This document shows positions 1 to 5,687 of a stretch of DNA of 31,553 nucleotides, one piece after another; position 1 is the first letter of the stretch, and each line of letters opens with the position of its first letter. A model generated the notes under the pieces. The model did no database searches. It was not told the DNA's origin and was given only the letters and a program-made list of their open reading frames with translations. Source of the DNA: a virus (lineage: Duplodnaviria; Caudoviricetes). The position numbers were made by a program, and so were the translations under genes. The stretch lies in the IMG/VR virus record IMGVR_UViG_3300044262_000068, positions 1 through 31,553 of that record; one strand, written 5' to 3'.

Positions 1-183
1 GACGGGCACCTTCGTGGCCACGAGCTTGCCGGCCTTCAGGGCCTTGCGGATGTAGACCTCGCTGAGACCGCTAATCGCAACGGCCTGCTTGATGGTCAGG
101 GTGTCGGCGCCTTCAAGGGCCTTCTCGACCAACGAGGTGAAGTCGGTGACTTCAGGGGCGGGGGTGGACTTTGTCTTAGGCAT
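1..183 (-). CDS. MerR/excisionase-like HTH DNA-binding protein (3' end runs off the window); paralog of 2024..2344
   Basis: Not in the ORF track. Manual translation gives MPKTKSTPAPEVTDFTSLVEKALEGADTLTIKQAVAISGLSEVYIRKALKAGKLVATKVPV..., with an AAGGAGA RBS upstream of ATG 183. TIKQAV..SGLSE.YIRKA...G.L is shared with 2024..2344. Confidence 0.8.
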   Translation of the reverse strand, partial: MPKTKSTPAPEVTDFTSLVEKALEGADTLTIKQAVAISGLSEVYIRKALKAGKLVATKVPV

Positions 184-252
184 TTTTGTCTCCTTTTTTG
201 CCTATATTGTAACGCGCGTGGATAAGATTTTGTGTGCGCGTTCGATGATATA

Positions 253-318
253 AGTATACGCTTATTCGCAAACGATTACCAGTGACAAAAATACCAAAAA
301 TTAGGTGATCTTTGTCAC
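253..318 (-). promoter_or_regulatory. Leftward promoter (-10 TATACT, 258-253) with two GTGA-N6-TCAC-like boxes (282-295, 305-318)
   Basis: Same architecture as 2415-2479 (shared tata-c(t)gcttatt spacer; boxes 23 bp apart). A 5'UTR hairpin aacgcgc/gcgcgtt lies at about 211-242. Confidence 0.6.
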
Positions 319-332
319 GTACTAACTAACAC

Positions 333-602
333 TTACTTCGCTGGGGTGAAACCCTCTAACTTAGCGCAGTCCCGGCAGTGATACTCCGGGTCGGCAAAGA
401 ACTTAAAGGTTCCAAGCTTGCCGTATGTCAGGTAGAAGTAATGCCGGCACCGGGGGCACTTGAAGTTAGCGCCGGGCTTACGATGGTCGTACATAGCCAT
501 CTGGCGCGCCGCCGCTCCTGTAAAGCCAGACCTGCTAGCTGGCTGCACGGTTTGAGGCCGGGGGGTGAATGATGTAGAGGAATGCCAGAGTTTTTGTTTC
601 AT
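333..602 (-). CDS. Small Zn-finger protein (CPRC...CRDC)
   Basis: ORF 333..617; start moved to ATG 602 because of a GGAG RBS at 612-615. Two CxxC pairs. Confidence 0.65.
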   Translation of the reverse strand: MKQKLWHSSTSFTPRPQTVQPASRSGFTGAAARQMAMYDHRKPGANFKCPRCRHYFYLTYGKLGTFKFFADPEYHCRDCAKLEGFTPAK

Positions 603-628
603 GATCTTAGTCTCCATGATAACAATTA

Positions 629-675
629 TAATAGAGGTGACGAAATTTCGTACGGGTCGTTCGTCACCTCTATTA
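629..675. repeat. Perfect 16-bp inverted repeat with a 15-nt loop (terminator, processing site or operator)
   Basis: TAATAGAGGTGACGAA (629-644) and TTCGTCACCTCTATTA (660-675), intergenic. It overlaps a minus-strand TATAAT at 630-625. Confidence 0.8.
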
Positions 676-686
676 CGTGTCGTTTG

Positions 687-1043
687 TTACCGTCTCAGTA
701 AGCCTGAGTCAAGCCCCTGTTTGATGCCTCTGATCATCATCCGGCGAATGTAGGCTACAATCAAGTCGCACAGCTCGTAGTACTCACGATCGTCGTCGTT
801 CAGTGGACGGTCTTGGCCAAGGTGCCCACGCGCAACTTTAGCGGCCAGCTGTTGGATGCTCCCACGGAAGGCTAGCTCGTCTTCTATGAACTTGAGCAGC
901 TCGCGCTCCATTTCAGCGGCCACCGGGCGCATTTCGTACGCCGTAACCACCTGGAGAGTATCTTTCGCTTTGGCTTCGTGGAGGTCTCCATCGAAGTACG
1001 GATGGTTGTTATCATCAATCTGCCAGCGGTTAGTCGGTTCCAT
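687..1043 (-). CDS. Hypothetical protein (118 aa)
   Basis: ORF 687..1169; start moved to ATG 1043 (GAGG RBS, overlap with the end of the upstream gene). Confidence 0.65.
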   Translation of the reverse strand: MEPTNRWQIDDNNHPYFDGDLHEAKAKDTLQVVTAYEMRPVAAEMERELLKFIEDELAFRGSIQQLAAKVARGHLGQDRPLNDDDREYYELCDLIVAYIRRMMIRGIKQGLDSGLLRR

Positions 1044-1260
1044 CGTCTGCCTCTTTGCACACATCGTAGTAGTTCTCAACCCACAGGCCGAAGTCCTCAA
1101 GCAACTCGGCGGCGTCCTCAAACTCAAGCCAGTACTCATCGCCCTCTTGAGCCTCAGCTTCGGCCACATAATCCTGGATGGCCTCTTCGGTGTCGTTGGG
1201 GCGGTTGGCCCTCAGAGTCTTTACTGCCCATTCCTTGCGTGCACGTAACACATCGTTCAT
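1030..1260 (-). CDS. Small highly acidic protein (candidate DNA mimic)
   Basis: AAAAGGAG RBS. About 23 of 76 residues are D/E; aromatic-rich. Confidence 0.75.
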   Translation of the reverse strand: MNDVLRARKEWAVKTLRANRPNDTEEAIQDYVAEAEAQEGDEYWLEFEDAAELLEDFGLWVENYYDVCKEADDGTD

Positions 1261-1278
1261 CTTGAGTCTCCTTTTGAT

Positions 1279-1333
1279 TAGCCCGTCGGTTTGTCGTATC
1301 CAGCGGCACCACGTGGAGGTGGGCTATGCCGCC
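1279..1333 (-). ncRNA. Minimal HDV-like self-cleaving ribozyme (candidate)
   Basis: Minus strand reads GGCGGC A UAGCCC ACC UCCACGU GGU GCCGCU GG AUACGACAAA CCGAC GGGCUA. It has P1 with a G1-U wobble, P2, P3, L3 UCCACGU, P1.1 CC/GG and a C-containing J4/2. No P4; P1 is 6 bp. Confidence 0.7.
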
Positions 1334-1352
1334 ATCCCCCTGTGCTATTCAG

Positions 1353-1514
1353 TTAGGCCACCTGGCTCTTGCGGACGATCTGCAACAGGCGCTCGACGGC
1401 CAGTGCGTCATACTTGCCGAAGGTGCTCTGCTTGCGCAATGCCTCACGAATCTTCTGCTCGTGGGCGTCGATGCGCTCTTTGACAGCGCGCTTGCTAAGA
1501 CTTTTTGTTGCCAT
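1353..1514 (-). CDS. Small basic hypothetical protein (53 aa)
   Basis: Below the ORF-track cutoff: MATKSLSKRAVKERIDAHEQKIREALRKQSTFGKYDALAVERLLQIVRKSQVA, with an AAGGAGA RBS. Confidence 0.7.
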   Translation of the reverse strand: MATKSLSKRAVKERIDAHEQKIREALRKQSTFGKYDALAVERLLQIVRKSQVA

Positions 1515-1710
1515 GTTGTATCTCCTTCATCTTGTTCAGGTCGGCCTGAGCGAAATGTACGCAATCGGCACATCCACTCACGAGACCGGGGTAGCCAGTG
1601 ACTATTACGCCTATTGCTCCGCACGATGCCCTGCCTCCCTCCGACTTCATTAGCATCGGAGAGAGGTTCGGGTCGTAGTGCACAGCATGATCATCTGTGC
1701 GTCGGGCCAT
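1495..1710 (-). CDS. Hypothetical protein, possible Zn binder (H...CG...CADC)
   Basis: Starts 1 nt after the upstream stop and overlaps the next gene's RBS. Confidence 0.6.
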   Translation of the reverse strand: MARRTDDHAVHYDPNLSPMLMKSEGGRASCGAIGVIVTGYPGLVSGCADCVHFAQADLNKMKEIQHGNKKS

Positions 1711-1711
1711 C

Positions 1712-1888
1712 TTACATCATCCAGGCCAGGAGGCCGGCGAGGACTGCGAAGACCGACAGGAGCTTGAGCCAGAAGATTGCCACCTGGCCAGCGCCGAACT
1801 TGGGTACGTACGTCTTGCTGTAGTACGGCTCGGCCTCTTGCCACTTATACACCCCGCCGCTATTGATACGAACCTTGCGATTATTCAT
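1712..1888 (-). CDS. Small membrane protein (58 aa, C-terminal TM helix)
   Basis: Below the ORF-track cutoff: MNNRKVRINSGGVYKWQEAEPYYSKTYVPKFGAGQVAIFWLKLLSVFAVLAGLLAWMM, with an AAAGGATAGGTG RBS. Confidence 0.7.
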   Translation of the reverse strand: MNNRKVRINSGGVYKWQEAEPYYSKTYVPKFGAGQVAIFWLKLLSVFAVLAGLLAWMM

Positions 1889-1903
1889 GATACACCTATC
1901 CTT

Positions 1904-2005
1904 TCGAATATACGGCTATTTGGATTAGATCGGCTTAGAACGATCTCTGCCGCATTCCTATGAGAACCTTGCCCCCCGGCTCTCATAGTCTCCTGCGCTA
2001 TTCGA
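1904..2005 (-). ncRNA. Circularly permuted (type-P5-like) twister ribozyme candidate
   Basis: Minus strand reads UCGAAUA G CGCA GG AGA [CUAUGAGAGCC-loop-GGUUCUCAUAG] GAA UGCG GC AG [AGAUCG UUCUAAGC CGAUCU]...UAUUCGA. P1, P2, P4, P5 and both pseudoknots can be drawn, but there are some non-consensus core bases. Confidence 0.55.
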
Positions 2006-2023
2006 TTGTTGCGATCTCTGCGG

Positions 2024-2344
2024 TTACTCGGCGGCTTCTTCTTTCTTGGTGTTAGCGCGCATGATCGGCAGTACGAAGGCGTCGTCTTCCAGAAGGTCTT
2101 GCAGGCGCTGGAGCTCATCGGCGGTTGCGTACAGGACGAACTTATTGCGGCCGTCTTCGCGCTTCGAATGCGCTTTCGCTTCAGCGCGCCAGGCTTCGAA
2201 ATTCACGATAACGTTGCGCGGGATTCGCGTATCGCCGACGGTCTCTTTCTCGACGATGAGATCGCCTTTCGCGATCGCCTTGCGAATATAATTCTCGCTA
2301 AGGCCTGATTGCTGCACTGCTTGCTTTATAGTAATACCGTTCAT
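2024..2344 (-). CDS. MerR/excisionase-like HTH DNA-binding protein
   Basis: N-terminus ITIKQAVQQSGLSENYIRKAIAKGDL (HTH_17/MerR-like pattern); AGGAG RBS. Confidence 0.8.
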   Translation of the reverse strand: MNGITIKQAVQQSGLSENYIRKAIAKGDLIVEKETVGDTRIPRNVIVNFEAWRAEAKAHSKREDGRNKFVLYATADELQRLQDLLEDDAFVLPIMRANTKKEEAAE

Positions 2345-2414
2345 TCTAAGTCTCCTAATAACAGCTGAATTTTCAATATATTTTATTGATATGCTGTTAT
2401 TTATTTATATCTCT

Positions 2415-2549
2415 ATTATACTGCTTATTAGAATTACTACCCGTAACAAAAATCACATTTTCTATGGTATCTTTATCACATCCTAAGGGGGATCTTTGTA
2501 CCCGGTCTTGGGGTGACATTTGTCACTAGTCAAATGTGATCTTTGTCAC
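2415..2549 (-). promoter_or_regulatory. Leftward promoter (-10 TATAAT, 2420-2415) with five phased GTGA-N6-TCAC-like boxes
   Basis: Boxes start at 2443, 2466, 2489, 2513 and 2536. The first is centred near -41.5 if +1 is about 2408. A 5'UTR stem AATAACAGC/GCTGTTATT sits directly before the RBS. Confidence 0.7.
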
Positions 2550-3120
2550 GGAGGTGACTTCCCAAGTTGACCAATGTGGGTAGAGTTGGGGAGGTGACTT
2601 GTCCCCCATTGTTGACCTTATTGGGTGGGCAAATGTGACACATGAGAGGGCACCCATATTGGGAGGGATTTGGGATGTGACTTGGCACATGAGAATAAGG
2701 TAAGTGGTAAGTAAGTGGATATGCCCACAAAGGTAAGTGGTAAATAAGTGGTAGGTGAAAGACATATGAGAATGGGTGGATGTGGACATTAGTGGTAGGT
2801 AAGTGGTAAGTAAGTGATAAGTGAGAATGGGTGGATGTGGGTTTTTAATGTGTCTCTCATCTATTCTCATGTGTCTCTCATGTGACTAAGGTGGGTAGTA
2901 GAGGTTTATGTAGGTTCACTAGGTGGTAAGTGAATAGTCCATGAGTGGAGGTGAGTAGTCCATGAGTGGATGCTAATGTGTCTTTCATGTGGTTCTAATG
3001 TGGTTCTAATGTGGCTCTCATATTGGACTCCCACTTCTCTCATGTGTCTCTCATATGACTCTCATATTGGGTTCACTTGTGACTCATGTGTCTCTCATGT
3101 GGTTCTCATGTGGTTCTCAC
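2550..3120. repeat. Non-coding low-complexity tract of 11-bp and 21-bp repeats (candidate packaging, terminus or origin region)
   Basis: AAGTGGTAAGT-type units at about 2700-2822. GTGARTAGTCCATGAGTGGA occurs twice. CTCATGTGGTT-type units hold an unbroken 11-bp register over 2973-3120. Confidence 0.8.
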
Positions 3121-3222
3121 CTTGCCCAGGCCCGGAGTTGACGTGATTTTTGTCCTATATGAGCTGTCAGTCCATCCAAACTATCGACCCCCCAAAATGC
3201 CCATATGGAGCATTGAATGTTT

Positions 3223-3486
3223 TTATCCCCGTCGTAACTTCCGTACAATTGCGTGGCACCATCTCTTATGACTCCCTTCGGTACCCCCACACTCAGGACA
3301 AGCAGGAGGAGGCTCGGGACAAGTAGGGTTCCCGTCAACCGGTAAGCCCCGAGCCCTCCTGTCTGCATACTCAGCTTCATCATCAAGACCTGCAAGCCAA
3401 CAATGATACGCAACCACAGCCCAATCACCTCCCCACTCCTTGGTTTGCTGGAACAATTGCCACGCAGGAAGCTGATCCATTCTCAT
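3223..3486 (-). CDS. Hypothetical protein with C-terminal Cys/His cluster (CPECGG...H...C)
   Basis: ATGA overlap with the upstream gene; GAGG RBS. Confidence 0.6.
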   Translation of the reverse strand: MRMDQLPAWQLFQQTKEWGGDWAVVAYHCWLAGLDDEAEYADRRARGLPVDGNPTCPEPPPACPECGGTEGSHKRWCHAIVRKLRRG

Positions 3487-3710
3487 CGTTTCCTCCTTGC
3501 AGGACCTTTTATGTGAAGTTGGCACACGTCACAAATGTCGATGCCTTTACCCCACAGCTCACGGTGGTAATTGAGCGTACAGACTTTGAGGTCGAAGAAC
3601 ACGTAATCCCCGCTAACACTAACACTCTCAATCGAAGAGCCTTGGAACCCCTCCCTCTTAGCTACAAGAGAGGCTATCTCAGTCAGACTTACCGTAATGT
3701 GTCTCTTCAT
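3483..3710 (-). CDS. Hypothetical protein (75 aa)
   Basis: An ATGA overlap with 3707..3952 fixes the start at 3710. Confidence 0.6.
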   Translation of the reverse strand: MKRHITVSLTEIASLVAKREGFQGSSIESVSVSGDYVFFDLKVCTLNYHRELWGKGIDICDVCQLHIKGPARRKR

Positions 3711-3952
3711 GGAAGCCTCATCAGCAACGCCACAATGAGCAGCGCAAGAATCAACGCAAGAGGCCAATACGATGGGAGACTCCATCCCTTCTTTCGTTTC
3801 TGTTTCCCCTCCACAGTAGTCAGGAGTCTCTGCAACGTGTCGTAACCTATCTCACCATGGTCGTGTTTGTTGATCGGGTACGCCTTCGTCTTGTACAGAT
3901 CAGCTGTACGCCGCCAATTCGCTTTGGTGGATTTGTCGTGTTTAGTGTTCAT
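3707..3952 (-). CDS. Small membrane-anchored protein
   Basis: C-terminal hydrophobic run WPLALILALLIVALLM; ATGA overlap with 3949..5052. Confidence 0.65.
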   Translation of the reverse strand: MNTKHDKSTKANWRRTADLYKTKAYPINKHDHGEIGYDTLQRLLTTVEGKQKRKKGWSLPSYWPLALILALLIVALLMRLP

Positions 3953-5052
3953 GGCCGTATCTCGATACCTCTCTTCTTCAGGGTTGAATAGAGTAACGTA
4001 CGAGTGACGAGGGTGTCAATCTCGATCGTTTCGACATCAACGTTATGTTGGTACTCGTCAACTGCGTAATCCAGGTTCTTGGGCGTAACGATGGTTGTGA
4101 GTCCCGTCCGTAATTTTCCGCCCCGCTTTTTGAGTGCGTGGATTATTTCGGCGACAGTACATCCAGCCACTCTACGGATTTCGGCTGCCCTAGCTCCTTT
4201 GTCATACATGTCGAGAGCTTTGTCCATATCCCCCTGTGCTATCTCGCGCCGCAAAGGTACATTCCTTGTGGTCAGCTCACGATAAAGTGCTGAGGTGCCT
4301 ATCTTTGTGACATCGTGTATCTGATCTACTGTGTGTCCTTCGAGATACATGTCGACTGCTTTCGCAAGTCTTGTTGGCGTATCTGACAACTCGCGTCGTG
4401 AAAGCTTGCGTGCGCCTACTTCCTTGTACAAACGGGACAACGGTATACCCGTCTCGGCTTGTATTTCAGGTACTGTCATCGAACTACTTTTGTACATGTC
4501 AACCGCACGTTGGACAATCTCGTCGTTTATGTTCATAGTAGAGCGTAGAGGTATGCCTCTCGCTTGTAACTCTATGTACAAGGCTGTTGGAGCCAATCCA
4601 GTTGTTGCGCTGATGTCCTTTACAGGTGCCCCATCAGCATACATCTGAATGGCCTGCTCCACCCCTTGTGACCTTCGAGGCGATTCGACACTCCTGAGAG
4701 GTACCCCTCTCTCATCGAGAATGTTGTATAAGGTGTTCAAAGACAGTGCCCACTTCTTTAGAACGTGTCGAACCTTGAGTTCGGGGTTGAGATAGTCCGC
4801 ACAGATCTTGTCTATCTCTGAGTCTGAACGTACTTTGGCGGTTGATACTTCATACCCTCGTGTGTTCAGGAGAGTTCTAATATACGTAGTAGTGTACCCC
4901 GTTTCGAGACGTATTTCGTTCAGGTCTCTAACTCCTCCTTCCCACATGTCAAAGACTACCTGATGAAATACATCGCTTGCCGGCTCTTTACGGCGCAAGA
5001 CCATAGACTTGTCTTCCTGTTCGTCGTTCTCCCAAGTAGCTAAGTCATCCAT
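3949..5052 (-). CDS. Protein with seven tandem homeodomain/resolvase-type HTH repeats
   Basis: Seven repeats of about 48 aa, consensus AVDMY..G..V.EI...TG.....LY..L..RG..LR. Confidence 0.85.
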   Translation of the reverse strand: MDDLATWENDEQEDKSMVLRRKEPASDVFHQVVFDMWEGGVRDLNEIRLETGYTTTYIRTLLNTRGYEVSTAKVRSDSEIDKICADYLNPELKVRHVLKKWALSLNTLYNILDERGVPLRSVESPRRSQGVEQAIQMYADGAPVKDISATTGLAPTALYIELQARGIPLRSTMNINDEIVQRAVDMYKSSSMTVPEIQAETGIPLSRLYKEVGARKLSRRELSDTPTRLAKAVDMYLEGHTVDQIHDVTKIGTSALYRELTTRNVPLRREIAQGDMDKALDMYDKGARAAEIRRVAGCTVAEIIHALKKRGGKLRTGLTTIVTPKNLDYAVDEYQHNVDVETIEIDTLVTRTLLYSTLKKRGIEIRP

Positions 5053-5078
5053 AGTTTTTCCTTTCCTTTGTTTTTAGT

Positions 5079-5144
5079 ATTATAACTGCTCTTGACGAAT
5101 AAATCAAATTAGAAAATGACCTTAATTTCGGTGATTATTATAAT
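5079..5144. promoter_or_regulatory. Divergent sigma70-type promoters
   Basis: Minus: TTGATT (5107-5102), 17 bp, TATAAT (5084-5079). Plus: ATGACC (5116-5121), 17 bp, TATAAT (5139-5144). Confidence 0.6.
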
Positions 5145-5165
5145 TAGTACAAGGATAATTGCCTT

Positions 5166-5687
5166 ATGGAAGAGAGTATAGTTCGTGAATGGGACAAGCG
5201 TGCTGACGAGCCTGAGGAATGGTATCGCATCTTTCGCGATTACTTCCTCCCTCTAGGCAATCGGCGGACTGTCCGTAACGCATTCGAATTTTTTGTTCGT
5301 GTGGAGCAGCCTGCACATTACGATACAGTCGATCCTGACGACATCAGAATGGCTCCTACACACTGGGCGGACTATGCGAACAAGTATGAATGGGGGAAAC
5401 GAGCTCTTGCTTATGATGAGTCGAACACCCCTGACCTCAGTGATATATACGTAACCACAGTACTTGAGTATCTAAAGTCTAACGCCACAACAGCTGCTAA
5501 GGCTCTTGTCGATGCGTTGAAAAATGAACGTACAAGGGTGCAAGCGGCTAACTCCATTTTGAATAGAGCAGGGGTGCCTGAAACAAGTGAAATACTCTTG
5601 AAGGGTGGAGTATCTGTAAACTCTGATGACATGGCTGCAGCCACCAACAAGGTAGAAGAGTGGAAGACGCGAAACAAGAGTGGCTAG
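5166..5687 (+). CDS. terS: Terminase small subunit (putative)
   Basis: Directly upstream of terL. The WDKRADE...F..Y..LG..R....A...W...Y.W..RA.AYD and RVQAANSILNRAG patterns are typical of phage TerS-like proteins. Confidence 0.7.
   Translation: MEESIVREWDKRADEPEEWYRIFRDYFLPLGNRRTVRNAFEFFVRVEQPAHYDTVDPDDIRMAPTHWADYANKYEWGKRALAYDESNTPDLSDIYVTTVLEYLKSNATTAAKALVDALKNERTRVQAANSILNRAGVPETSEILLKGGVSVNSDDMAAATNKVEEWKTRNKSG

Noticed and set aside
1334-1420. tRNA upstream of the HDV-like ribozyme (theta arrangement)
   Set aside because: Upstream is a 53-aa ORF and a 19-nt spacer. I see no cloverleaf or T-loop here, and no tRNA elsewhere in the window by eye.
2526-2870. ORFs 2526..2870 and 2530..2730 (and 3086..3271)
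   Set aside because: Translations just mirror the DNA repeats (TYHLLTTYL), with no convincing RBS; likely spurious.
2550-3120. CRISPR or mini-CRISPR array
   Set aside because: The units are 11-21 bp, degenerate and tandem, with no unique spacers of constant length; there are no cas genes.
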